DNA of 57,707 nucleotides, filler included, from Sphacelaria rigidula (lineage: Eukaryota): NCBI GenBank assembly GCA_964200075.2. It is 8 parts of 8 records of this genome, joined end to end, with 100 filler letters (N's around TTAATTAATTAA, not from the genome) between each part and the next. Parts side by side here need not be neighbours in the genome. Positions count along the whole stretch, not along the records: positions 21,681 to 28,806 come from CAXNAA020016362.1; positions 28,907 to 36,032 come from CAXNAA020016363.1; positions 36,133 to 43,257 come from CAXNAA020016364.1; 5 more parts are not named here. One strand, written 5' to 3'. Below, piece after piece: positions 25,001 to 37,632 of the stretch. The notes below the pieces were generated by a model. The model was not told the origin of the DNA. It did not search any database and saw only the letters and a program-made list of their open reading frames with translations. Within the stretch, counting starts at the first letter, position 1, and every line of letters starts with the position of its first letter. The translations under genes and the position numbers were made by a program.

Positions 25001-28000
25001 CTTTAGATCAGTTTCACTGGCCAGATTTTTCATGGTAATACACCCAGCATTTTTCCACGTCCAGAAAGAACACTCGGTGATGAGACGGGTCTAACGTATT
25101 GCGCCCATAGCAGCACATGTCGGCTCCTTTGCTCACTATAAGGCTAAGGCTGGATGGTGACACGGGTCTTATATGTTACGCCCATAACAGCATGTGCTGG
25201 CTCCTCTGCCCCCCAACGTGGGTGTTGCTATCAGCACCCTCAGCATCCTCAGCACCCTCAGCACCCTCACCGGCCGAGACGAAACCTTCACGCGGATACA
25301 AACGCATGCTACAAGCACGGCGACTACAGGCGTGCTTCGTGACGCATCAACTGCCTGCTGATGCAACTGCAGCTCGAACCACGCAGTGTTCGACTTCAAA
25401 ACCCTTCCTCGGTTGCACACCCACCGAGCGACGTGCTCGCACAGTTATTCTCGCGGATCGATCGTGGAGCACACGGAACATTTGAAGATCGGTATGGATT
25501 GGTTTAGGCACAGCAAAGACGGGGACTCACCGCAAGGCGAATGACTCTCACTGTAATCACCTGTCAATTAAGATGATCTTTTTCAGGACAGCAAACTCTG
25601 TGCCGCTAGACACAGAGTCGGCAACGAGCTAGTCACACCTCATGTAACCCCCTCTCTACCGCCTTCTGTCGCATCGGCTTACCGGCACAGGCACCGAACG
25701 GGCGAATAATCAGAACCCAGCAAGCATTGCCAGATATTCAAGAAGTGATGTTGCATCACAATTTCAATTTTCAATATTTTCGGAACGTTATTCACTCTGG
25801 GTGTGTAGCAAGTGCCAGCTCTAAAATCTGATGCTCAAAACTTGACGTTTCATTATCCTTCAATCCCAAACTGTCTAATGTTGGTTCTCTAGGGTCTAGT
25901 CTAAGACCTCAACGGCAATCGACACTCGGAAACATTCGTCTGTAGGACAGAAACATACCACCCGCGGATCATCTATGTTGCTCATCGTGCGCAATTGTGG
26001 AAACCACAACATAGAAGGGACAAATTCCCACAAGGGTCTGTCATGGAATCACCTTTTCACAAAACGACTTGGCCATTTTTACCGTGTGTGATGACTATAC
26101 AGAAGGTTGACAAACTATAATATGCGTACCTCTCACTGCACACGTAGCAAAACCTGTAAATATCCCAAAATCCAGGATGGAACTACCAAGACTCATGTGA
26201 TGTCATCACATAAAAAGCACCGAAGCACCAAAATCCAAAAGCACCACTATTATACCCCACCTTGAAAATTGTTTGCCACAGCAGCAGCAGACAGCGATCG
26301 ACTTCGTCGGTCTCCCAAAGCCTCCAGAGCAGGAGCAGGGTTTGCCCAAAAGAAATGGAACTGTCCGTCATCGCTGCGCAAATCAGCCCGCCCGTTGACC
26401 TCTCCCACGACCGTGTACTTGCCGGGCTGGGGACCGGTAACGGTTACGGCTTCGCATGTAGCTATTTCCAGTATCAAGCAAAAAATGTAACAGCAGGATC
26501 GAGAGTCATTGCGCACATGACACAAACGTTATTGGAAAATTGCTCCGTGTATTGTTACACTAGGCGATATGAACGAGAACATATATTTCATGTTCGTTTG
26601 CACAAAGCAGTCAACGGTGTACTGTATACACACATCGACCCATACTGCAGTGCAGTGCAGTGCAGTACGGTACAGTGCTGAGTTTGATTCATTTGATTGG
26701 TTGTCGCACTTGAATTGATCCCCCAGGAGTCATGATCCAGCAGCGGTCATAATCCACATGATATACGTACCCGAGAAAAATGAAACACTCGCTGAAGAAA
26801 AAGTGAGTAGACTGATATACTTTGTAAAATACAGTACAGCAGAAGGTAACTCCTGCATCTAATGATGTTCGCATGCAGGACGATTTGGACAGAACGAGGT
26901 GAGTCGGTTTCTCAGCAGACCGGACAGACAATGCTTGCAGCGTACCTGGCAATTCTGATTCTTTGAGAATCTCAGACGTGACTTTTCTCGGGTGGTATCA
27001 TGTGTCCTAACTCGATAACAACATGCGTACATGTTGGATTCAAGATTCCCGTTAAGCGTGCGCACAAAAGCGAGCGTAGTTCGAACACGCGGCAGTCAAA
27101 ATCGTCTCGACACCAAACACCACGCCGGGAAGAAAAACACACCCAGCACGGACTCGGAAGCATTGGCACATACATATACACGGACGGTTTGATCGCCCGC
27201 AGTACCATCCCATCAGCTCCTCTCAGGAACGAACTCATCGAAATTTATCTGGTCAAGTCACCACCGCCCAGCCAGCGACAACGCTTCATATACGCCCCGC
27301 AGTGAAATTTGACAGTTCGATCATTTTTCAACGACCTCACGGAGCCAGAAAAATCTTTAACGAACGAAATTTCCCCTCCGGGACCATCTCGAACAGAAAC
27401 AAATCCTGTGCTCTTCCCCCGTTTGTTTTTTTTGCAAAACTCACTAGATCCACCGCCAGGCAGCGACGGTCCCAGCCTTGGTCCGGTCTCGATGGAAGCC
27501 ACAGGGGCAGGGGTTTCCACTATAGCGTCTGCGCCGGTAGCGCACGAGATACCTTGGGCGACAGGCGCAGGTTGGGGGTCGCAGTCAGCGCAGGTAACGA
27601 ACAGCCATTCCGATGAAGTGGAAATATCTTGGGGGTTTGCCGCGCAGTCGGAGGCCTGGTGGGACGACAGGAGGACAGGGCGGTGCGGACGTACATGAAA
27701 GCGGTTGCTATTTTCAAAGTCGGCGTCTTGGGTGCGAGACAATATCGGTCATTTGCGATCATGCCGGTGCGCAATTAAAGAGAGTAGACTTTACCATGGA
27801 TGTATATTCCTTGAGACGTATGCTCAGAGCGCAGCACTTTCATCTATCGCGTGTTATGTTGTACGCTTGAGGAGCAATTGTTTACTGAAAATCGCGTCCA
27901 CACATAGACGAGGACCAATTTCATCGCTCCAACTCCTACATAGCGACGCAGTTCCTTTTCAGTCCACTTACGCCGATCGATGAGAGCCCATGAGTCCACT

Positions 28001-28693
28001 TGATTTTGAATGTGTGAACAGTTGCGGCAGAATAACATCCCTCACGAAAAACAAACGCAGTCCAGGAGGGTTGAATATAAGCACGCCGTGTCGTTATACG
28101 CTACTCGTTATACGCTACTGTAGCTACGGAGTACCCCCACAAAGGAGGTTGGGGGAGGAGGAGGGCGGTGAACCATATATCGCACAAAGATACGACCTTA
28201 AAGCGTCGCTACGAGTAACAAATTTCACTTGAAGGTTATTGGTACCAACATGTCACACGCGGACACATCACCTGACCGGCTTCGTCCACGCACATGCGCA
28301 TACAGAGTGTGTGCGGGCATGTAAGGCACTCATGAACCCCCTTGTTTCGTGCCATCAAAAATACTGTACCCGCTCACCCTCATCGTATAGTCACTCGATG
28401 CCTCACCGCATAAAAGGGGTAGCCACCCCCCGTGGGGGTTTTGATCCAGTATCCGGTGTCGCACGCTGCTAACGTCCTCGATCGCAAGTCGTCGGTTGCC
28501 CCCTCCAGTAGCCTCCGGTTATCACCGCTACCTTCGCCTGCGTTTGTGGCGGTCGTCGAAACAGCCTCTATGCGCTCGAAGAACAGGTTGTAAGCCGTGT
28601 CCTCAGTGTAGTAGTCGCCCCTTCCATTGTACGTGCCCACCTGCTCATACAATCCTCCGTATTTGCCGCCCACATCAAGGACCTTGCAGGCTT
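22079..28693 (-). CDS. Probably secreted Cys-rich protein with tandem ~170-aa repeats, internal fragment (exons 28693-28407, 27655-27445, 26461-26261, 24199-24111, 23684-23456, 22288-22079)
   Basis: All six exons have AG/GT ends and phases 1-0-1-1-0-1-1 that join in frame; the repeats align (CKVLDVGGKYGGLYEQVGTYNGRGDYY / CEAVTVTGPQPGKYTVVGEVNGRADL / CKDVAVTGEFGGNYTANGTYRGKLDFY; CDTGYW..YPFYAASDCAANPQDIST / CEGYW..YPAYAVNDCARHPADIST). Confidence 0.88.
23012..23380 (-). mobile_element. tRNA-derived SINE, full-length copy
   Basis: Reverse complement of 16695-17083, including head (TGGCTTAGCTAG...GGTTCAAATCTC) and (CA)n tail. Confidence 0.8.
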
Positions 28694-28906
28694 CTGTGAC
28701 TGCCACGAGTTAAATGAAGGGGGGGGGGGGGGGGGGGTCATGCTCCAATCAAAGTAATCACGAGCCATAAAGTCCAACGACAGGACGGTGTCCTGCAGCC
28801 GAAGAANNNNNNNNNNNNNNNNNNNNNNNNNNNNNNNNNNNNNNNNNNNNTTAATTAATTAANNNNNNNNNNNNNNNNNNNNNNNNNNNNNNNNNNNNNN
28901 NNNNNN

Positions 28907-30613
28907 GTGCTGTCACCGGCCTGATGGTGAGGACCCAGGCGTGCCAATGTAGACAGGCGACCGTGGGAGCGCGTGTGAGGAGGGTCTATCGTAGAAAGTA
29001 TCCATAGCGAAAGAGGCGCTTGACGGAAGAACGTCGTGTCACCAGTCGAACATCTTCACGATCGTTTTCGCCCTTTCGACTCACCCATGTACTTTGCACG
29101 ACAACGAGACCGGCGCCGTAGTGAGCCATGTCTTGCTCCTCCCTGACGCACGTAAAGTTGTCCGCTGGGTTTTCATCGTGTACCACGGCTATGTCGTCGT
29201 TCCAAGGCCAATCGTCCACCGCCAAGTCGCCCTCGAGTTGCTGAGGAACAGGGGAGGGCGATACGATGATTGCATCCACAAGCGGTAGTGCGCACGTGCA
29301 CGACTGAGGAAGTGCGACTGGGGGACAACTGCGCGAGTTGTGCAAATTAGTAGGGGTTGGATTTGTGCCCGCGTCATGGCTAGGGTGGTGACGGTGGCCC
29401 AGAAGATTTCTGAAAGTGAGTGTGCCCGATGACCGTGGAGGTGGCTTTGAGAATTTCGCAGGTTTTGGCGAGATGCTGTGTATCATTTTCGAGGAACGAC
29501 GCGCACTGTATAAATCCCTGTCCAGTAACCCAGCCCGCCACGGACGTGCCCATCCGTCTTCAGCATGGGCGCAGACGACCAGCAGAGCACGGGGTGGTAA
29601 TCAATCCTACCGCAGGGACAAAAAGCAGGTGCTACACATACGACGCCGTAACTAAGTTTGACTCCGTCGTTGGTTTTCAAATGTGCTGATCTAATTACAC
29701 ATCGTTGCCGCCACGGGTTGTAGCAAGTACGTAGGTCGGTTACATGTGTGTGTGTGTGTGTTGTCGTCCCATTTATTCTGGGCACCAGTCTACATCTTTC
29801 GGTGTATGTGGGTGCATCNNNNNNNNNNGGGTGCATCAGCCGGGGTCACACAGAAGGAAGGTCAACACAGGAGCTTTTTCTTTTTTATTTGTGCGTGATA
29901 TTATTAATAATACAAGAATCTATTTGTGCGTGACATTATTAATAATACAAGAACATGTGGCTGAACCAAAGGAGAATCGTTTGCCGTCTAAAAGCCACCC
30001 TTGGAATATCTGCGTGCATGAGCAACGCGCGAGGATACAGTCGCGAGGTTGATCTGCAAGGGTGAGCTTCACACGGTCTGCTCGACTTCTTCCTGACGAC
30101 AGACTTGAACGCCGAAACATAGAGCTCGAAAACGGCACGCGACGACGTCTGGGTGACAACCAGGGGTTGCCACCAAACCCGCCTACTACTGCATTGATGG
30201 CGAATAGATCTGAGGCGGGATCAACAGGGATAAGATTTTGCCTTCTGGAAAAATCCACATATAGATCTCAAGTGTGTTATGTACAAAAACTGCTCGAGGT
30301 CTGACAATATGTTGCTCGTTTTCACTACGCGCTCGTGATTCATTCATCGATTCATCTCTCCATCGCTCACTACAACGTGTTTGAGACGGAACAAGACACG
30401 AAGAAGACTTACTTGTGTGCACCCCGCCGGTGGGTGCCCTTCCATCCTTTCGTTGCCTTCGTGGTACCACTGAGTGCACTTCGCCTTAAACACCGCGGCC
30501 CACTGGCTAGCCACGCGCTTACATATCGGCGCTGCGGACGCGGTGTTCGAAGCATACCCGACGAGTCCGAGGAGTACCAGCCCAAGCGCTCCTAGCGCGC
30601 CCGTCGATTTCAT
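28907..30613 (-). CDS. Secreted protein of unknown function, 5' part (exons 30613-30413, 29240-29085, probably 28985 to contig end)
   Basis: MKSTGALGALGLVLLGLVGYASNTASA signal peptide, donor CAA|gtaagt, next exon QLEGDLAVDDWPWNDDIAVVHDENPADNFTCVREEQDMAHYGAGLVVVQSTW|gtgagt open only in phase 0. Confidence 0.7.
29745..29885 (-). mobile_element. SINE 3' fragment
   Basis: Matches SINE body and (CA)n tail; split by an N10 gap. Confidence 0.75.
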
Positions 30614-31578
30614 TGTTCAAATCGAAGGGCCCTTGGTTATATCGTCGCAACGTGGTGCGTGGTGGCGCTCTTGTGTGCGGTGAGAGGGTTGGTGAAGTCT
30701 CAATGTATGTGTGTATGTGCTGTAATTCGTGTTTTGTAATAGCGCAAAACGGCAAAAGAAATGCGGGGGATTCTTTCCTCGATCATAATCTTATACAGTG
30801 ATCCTGAAGGCACTTGTATCCTGTAGAAGTATCCATCGCGTCGAAACTCTAAACTCGGTTACAAACGCTGATTTTGTCTAACCGGCACTTTACCTCCCGC
30901 CTATTGATTGCCCCGCATAACGTGAACAGGAACATTATTGGTATCGGATTCAGAAAAAAACGGCGAAATGACCGAGAAGCAGCACGTGACCTTGATAACT
31001 CACCTCCAATATATTCATGACATAATGTTAAATTCCCCTGCCCCATACCTCTTCCCCGCATTCCTCCACTATCTAGGCTGATGAACAAGTGTGGTCTACG
31101 CACGTCGTGTTTTTGTCAAGAAATGTGGCATTTTCATCATGACAGCTTCTTTTTCCCTCTGTTACTAGGATATCGTTCGATACGCAGGGGCGAGATTGAA
31201 TGATTGCCTCAAATAAAGGGCGTATCGCATAGTGCGATGCGGTAGGCAGTAGGAATAAGTCTAATGATAGATATCCCTTGTGATATAGGTAGGAAAAGTA
31301 AGATCGCTTGCGTATCCACTACCGTACAACAAACAGTAGTACTAGCTCGCTGGCCATGTAGTTGCTACGAACTTTCGGAGTAAATCCGGTAAATCCGATT
31401 AAAGAACTATGTTCTCCGAATTTCCCCAACACCATCTAACGTCTGAAGCACTTCCTTATCCCATCCAAAGAAACACGCGTGGTCTGCTCCAAACGCACCC
31501 CACCTACACAGTACCTGAGCCGATTCACAACACACGACACCACCGCCTTCGTGCCTGTGAACTCAGTTTCTCAGCAAC

Positions 31579-31776
31579 ATGGTCCACTCTAGTGCTTTTT
31601 CGGTTGCCCTTGTGGCGTTGGCTGCTTCATGCACCGATGCGTTTGTGACGCCGAGCGTGGTGCGTGTGCCTGCCGCCTCGGGAAGGACCTCATCCACTTC
31701 TACCGTTATGTCGATGAAGACTCCCGGGAGCAGGAGCGGTTCGCCTTTCAACAAGGCCTCTAGCGTCATCCGCAAG
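31579..31776 (+). CDS. First exon of a plastid-targeted protein (bipartite presequence)
   Basis: MVHSSAFSVALVALAASCTDA-FVTPSVVRVPAASGRTSSTSTVMSMK...; ASAFAP-like DA|FVTP; CAACATG start context; AAG|gtgtgt donor; downstream exons not identified. Confidence 0.75.
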
Positions 31777-33301
31777 GTGTGTGTCCGTATGTGTTGATGT
31801 TGTTGATGGTAATGGTGATGATGTAGTCACGTACTTCGTGTGCATCATGAAGGTTTGGTGCGTGTGTGGGGATTCAACAGGGTGTTGAAGTCAGATTGGG
31901 TGTGCTGTCGTGACGGCTGGGATGTTTTCCGTTTCTCTTTCCGTTTTGGTCCACAGACGGTAAGTAGGCAGCATCCACCACTGCGGGGACACGCTGTATT
32001 GTATGGCATGCTCTCTCTTTCTCTCTACCCCTATCTCTCTGCTTCCTCTACGAAGTATTGAGTAACTGTGTTGTCTTGGAGGTCGTACAGCATGTACATG
32101 TTGGTGTAGACTGGCACCCCGGAGAGGGTTGAGTTGCTCGCATCTTTTCGCGCCTACCCAACATCAACATGGGTTCCTTGCCTCCAAGTTCACCTTCAAT
32201 CAGAAGCGACGCCCTGACAGTCGGGTTATGCTGCTTCTGGGTGTGTGAAAAGGCGCACATGACTCCATCACGTACTCCCTAGACGAGCGAAAATGATGGC
32301 ATTGGCATAGTCAATACAATGTTTTACATGTCGTGTGCCATCGTCGAACACGGCTGTGACATGCTTCGCACTACAGTCAGTAGGAAACGGGTACCTGGCA
32401 GTTGGACGTACAGTACTGCACCTCGAAAAAAGTATCACTCCGGAGTATACGCTACTACTGACTATTGTAGATATTAGATATTCCACAGCAATGATACTCG
32501 TACCCGTTTATGGGGCATGCATGTACGTTACCCGGTCTATCGGGTTTTACCCTACCACCATTCCATCACATGGTAATGCGTCTGTGAGTGCTTCATGAAC
32601 CGGACAACTACGTAACAACAGTATGGCGTTGACATCGTGAACTCTCTCTGAGGGTGGTGAAAAAAAAATAGTACTCCGTAGTAGGCTTCCCACGATCCCG
32701 TGCCATGTAGATCCTGATGCAATATCATGGCATGAGGTTTCCTTGCGATGATCTCCGGGCAGTTCAGTACGGGGGCGGGCAACGCTCAACGTCCTTCACA
32801 TTTTTGTGTACAAAGCATGTACAACGCAATGCGATCCGATTTACACCCTCAGCACACCCCGTTTCCTCGCTAGATACCGTGCACTACAGTTGATTGAAGT
32901 CAGTGTGCTGTAGAGCATGGCGCATATAACCAGTGCCCCCCCTTCCCCCTCGAATGACACCCGCGATGATGGTTTTCGGCTGCGTTCGGCACCAATCCAG
33001 TTCCTTCACACCTACAACCTGATACGTCGAATATCACCCCCTCGCCAAAAAACCATGCCGTGGTGATGAGTCTTCGGGACCCCAAAGTTCACATCACCCG
33101 CGGGTTGTATTCGTCATTCCGTACGGCATGTACATCTATTTCATTTGAACATCCCAGTCAAAACTTTGTGTGGGCTAACAGGGGAAAAGCAACGTCCAGC
33201 CTGTCTTGTGTTCTCGCGACCAGTGCAGCGATTTTATCTTATCTTCCGGTAGAAGAAAACTGACACATGACGATAGGCTGGAGTAAGGGTTCGAAAGTGT
33301 A

Positions 33302-34160
33302 CAGGCTGGGCCAGCCAAGAATGACTCCTGAATGTATTCTGGCGATGCTGTGGGTAATTCGAAGTGTTATGCACTGAAAATTTGACACAACATTTTCATT
33401 ATCACTACGCACAACATTTCTTGAGGTGCGTTCAAAAACAAAATAGGAAGTTAGAGCGAACTTGAGTTTCTGTAAACACTGGAAAAATGCATAACACCGT
33501 GAAAATAAAAAATAAATAGATGCACCTCGAGAAATGTTGTGCACAGTGATACTAAACACGTTGTGTCAAAATGCCGGCGCCCAACTCTTCGAATTACCCA
33601 CAGCATCCACTTTTTCGTCTGGCACCCGGTGGTCAAACTGATAGAACCGCCTCTTATGACAGAGGTCACGAGTTCAAATCCCGACACGACCGTTTTGTTT
33701 TTGCGCATAATCTGGCATAGCGCCTTGCATCTGGGGGGTGTATAGCGCGGTTTGAGGTAGTAATTTTACCTCTTACGGTGGTGAACGACCGTCGGCTGGG
33801 AGGTTCTCTCCCATGATAGAGGTGTTGAAGACTTCGAAGCCGTCTTGCAGCACTACAGTATTCGTACAAGTACCAGTCTTCTGTACGCGTGGCTGTGAGG
33901 CGCAATTCCCTCCCGTAATTCCACCGCATTTTGTGAAACGAGACGTCATCAGACAAGCTATTACGTGACTACACGACACGTTACTGGTACTCAGTGCAGT
34001 ACAATAACATCATCNNNNNNNNNNATCGACCAGCGGCGGTGCCGGGCATTGCCAGTTTTGTCTGCAGTTCACAGCGATATGCTCAAGTCGAGCTGACTTG
34101 GTAAACTCGACGAGTTATGGTTGGAGATGCAAATGCGGTATTCTTGGCTGGCCCAGCCTG
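33302..34160. mobile_element. Tc1/mariner-type MITE, perfect 21-bp TIR CAGGCTGGGCCAGCCAAGAAT, TA TSD
   Basis: TA|CAGGCTGGGCCAGCCAAGAAT ... ATTCTTGGCTGGCCCAGCCTG|TA; contains an inner inverted repeat at 33343-33608 and a tRNA-like cassette at ~33622-33700. Confidence 0.85.
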
Positions 34161-35139
34161 TATGACTATAACGCCATGATATTTCTATAATTTAGCTAAG
34201 TGTTGGATTTTAGTAGATGAAATTAATTGCGCCATACTCGAACCCTACGTGGAGGGTATGAGACGTTGTCTTCTCAAGACCCGAAATATCGGTTTCGAAA
34301 ATCATCATTTGCTCGAAATGGATTCAGTCCGCAAGGACCACTTTGTCGAAGATTCTGCAAGTAGATAGCAGGAAGTACCCCCCAACTGTAATCTTTAGGA
34401 TTAGTCATGCGCTGAGGAGGAACGGGGTGGAACCGTTTGATGGCCAGCAAAAAACTGTTCGTGTGTTTGACACCACACGCTCAGTGGCCATGAGAAAACC
34501 TATTGATGTGTCTGACGCCACACGACGGCTATAGTACAGGCAACAAACAGTGCAGTTGAGGACTACAAATCGCCCTACCAAAAGGGTGGGACCGTTCGGG
34601 AGCCCCGCCACCAAGCACTCCTCTAAAGCGCGATGTCAGCTATTTTCAGGGAGGGCAAAGCAGCGGGCGGCAGGCGAAAAAAATTGCAAGCCTTTAGAGA
34701 GAACGAACAATTCATGCCCCAGGTCCAAAATGACAACACACGAGCCCGCTGTCTGATCGTTCGGTAAAAGTGCTGTATGTAGTGAAGAGCATGTTGTGTT
34801 TATATTCTTGTCTCTCAAGTGACGTGATGCGGTGTGACAGGACATGTCAGAAGTATACATTAGTGTAGCACACAGCGATGATCGGGGCGCCAGTAGTAAC
34901 CGTGGAGTGGTTTTGTCGCACATTTTTTCTCCCCTACGCGGCATCTGATGTCTCGGACACCTGCACTGATTTTGAAGAATAAAATCCTGAAAGACTTGTG
35001 AAATCGGATGCCCGCTCTAGAAAATCAGCTGAACAGCTGTTTTAATAGGAGGGGCGGACGTCACCGTCACCAAAAACAGGCGAGATTGATTTGGGTATAC
35101 TGATTTTTCGCGTCTCGATAAGTTGGCCTCAATTGATCG

Positions 35140-35300
35140 ATGCAGCTCACCCTTCATGCGACTCGCCGAACACACCACGGCGCTTCGCGCTTGGTGATTG
35201 AGTGCGAGCCTGAAAACCCGGCGTGCTCTGTCCCGGCTTTGTAGGCATGCGAGGTCAATGGTCTCATTACTATGGCATGCATGATCATGAATACACCCCC
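35140..35300 (+). repeat. Dispersed repeat ending in ATGAGTACACCCCCC; copies ~1812-1985(+), 20220-20270(-), 43358-43400(+), 43765-43865(-), 45320-45490(-)
   Basis: Near-identical ATGCAGCTCACCCTTCATGCG.CTCGCCGAACACACCACGGCGCTTCGCGCTTGGTGATTGA core. Confidence 0.8.
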
Positions 35301-36132
35301 CTTCCCCAAGAGGACTTGAAAATTTTCTGTGTGTGCAGATTTATGAAAACCCCATAGTAATTTCAACACAAGCGGGGCTGCCTTACAAGCCGAGTTTCCT
35401 TCGGCCCGTTCTAACCCGAGATATATCGCGAGTTGTGCCTACTATTGAGACATGGTGATAATCGGCGAATCAACGCGCGTCTGCCAATCCACGTGGCGCT
35501 GCGATCCGAAAGGTTCCCAGCAAGCTAGATGCCAACCAGTAGCCACCTGCGAAATGTCGAGAGTTGAGGGTGACGTGTGCGGCGGAATTGGAAAAAGAAG
35601 ACGCCTGAAATGGAATTTTTGGTTACGTTCGGTTGTGCCGCAGCCGCGAGTCGTGGTGCCGGACATGTTGTGGTCGTGCAACAATGCATGTGCTGTAAGT
35701 GCGCAGTGTCAAAGATGGCACGCAGACGGGGCCCCTGGCCCGTCAAGGTGTGTGGTAAGAGTGTGCGACCCGGTGAGAAATGGGTGAGGACGGTTTCAGG
35801 TTGTACCCCTGAAGGAAGTCAACCGGTTTTCGACAGAAGAACGCGGTTGAGCTGTTCAATTTCAAATCGTTTTCTATATTGAAACCTTGACACGATGTAT
35901 ATATGAGGTATATGGAGAGAGCCCACCTTTCCTTTTTTTTTTTTTTCTTTGTTTGTTTTTGGCGATTGTTGATTCAAAACATTATGTTTTTATTAGAAAT
36001 CTTGCATAAAAAATCCCTCTATTAAATAAATANNNNNNNNNNNNNNNNNNNNNNNNNNNNNNNNNNNNNNNNNNNNTTAATTAATTAANNNNNNNNNNNN
36101 NNNNNNNNNNNNNNNNNNNNNNNNNNNNNNNN

Positions 36133-36452
36133 CATCGTTTGCCCATGCATTCAACATAGTGTGTAAAGTGACGTCACGAAGTCACCGACGGTCAGGGGTA
36201 CTCACCATACCCAAGAGGTACTCTATACTCAAGTATGACTGAGAGTGGTTACTCAGTATTTGAGTAGAGTATTTGAGGCCGTACTCAACGTACTCAAAAT
36301 TTGAGTAGAGTATTTGAGACCGTACTCGACGTACTCAAAATTTGAGTAGAGTATTTGAGGCCGTACTCGACCAACTCAAACGTCGAGTAGAGTAAATACT
36401 CAAGTATTTTACTCGAGTACTCAAAAGTACATACTCTACTCGACCTACCCTT
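36133..36452. mobile_element. Second copy of the ~41-bp tandem-repeat element, inserted into the Gypsy integrase C-terminus
   Basis: Matches 4940-5100 and 6312-6397; ends TACTCTACTCGACCTACCCTTG against Gypsy sequence. Confidence 0.75.
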
Positions 36453-37575
36453 GCAATGTTTTGGATCTCAAACACGTGCGGATGGTAAACACCAACCACT
36501 CTCCACGGACCACTCCACGTCGCCATCAATTTAGGCGTCACTCCCGGGCAAGGCACGCGTGCATACAAAATATAATCGCCTAGCTCAAAATTTGGCAATT
36601 CCGGCCCCGACGAAGACCCCTCACGTCTACGCGCACGTTAAAGCGGCAACACGCTCTTGCCCTTAAACTTGGAAACTTTTCTGCAACTCCAAAACTTCTT
36701 GCAATGCACGCTTCAGTTGCGCATCGTCCAAAACATCAAACTTTAATTCCCCCACCGATGAGGACGCCAACACCGAGAAAGACGTCCAAGGGGCACGACC
36801 AAACATCACGTGGTACGGCGTACTATCGTAACGACGACGACACGCTGTATTTAGCGCCCATTGTACAGCGGGCAACACGTCCGCCCACGCGGTCACCTCT
36901 CGACGCTGCTCGAGAAGAATAGAGCGGAGAGCACGAACTACTTTCCTGACCATGCGTTCGCACGTGCCGTTAGACCACAGATAATACGCTACCGCAAACT
37001 GGTAATCAACGTGTAATGCCTCTCGCAAGCGGGCCAAGATCGCCTTCTTGAAATGCCTGTCCGTATCACTCACCCACACACGCGGCACCCTCAAAGATTT
37101 GCACCAATTCAGCAAAGATGCAGCGGGCGATTCGGCAGTACACACTGCTACTGGTTCCAGAGCCACAAAGTTACTCAAATCATCCATGATTACCAAAATG
37201 TATGGAAACCCAGCATCCTCCGACAAACCTTGGGAAGCTAGGGGGCCACTCTCGCCCACGCACAAGAAGTCAAAATGAACGACTTCATTCGGCGTGGTCC
37301 CATGGACCGTTTCACCGAGCGGGCGGGGAAACATCACCCGCCCTCGAGTCAGCACAGTGAAGACACTGTCGGACAAACTCGCGCACTTGGATTTCCATTC
37401 CCTGCCAAAGACAAAACTCTAGCAAGCGCACGAGCGTCGCAGCCACACCGCGATGCCTGGCATCGCGCATGTGCGCACAAATCATCAAACGTATGTGCAA
37501 TTGTTTGTCGGAGCTGGGAATCCACAACATGTTTCGGCCACGTACATGCACACGAAACAAACCTTTATTGTCCAA
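36453..37575 (-). pseudogene. pol: Gypsy integrase (disrupted)
   Basis: AHMRDARHRG..VRQCLHC; VVHFDF; VWVSDTDRHF; SNGTCERM; KLMATWSGPWRV. Confidence 0.92.
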
Positions 37576-37632
37576 AATCGCAGTACCAACATCCGACTCA
37601 AAGGATTGTACATCCGCATCAATGGCCCCAAG

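Noticed and set aside
28407-30613. Signal-peptide gene at 30613 as the 5' end of the repeat protein at 28693
   Set aside because: The two are separated by an artificial linker between size-sorted contigs
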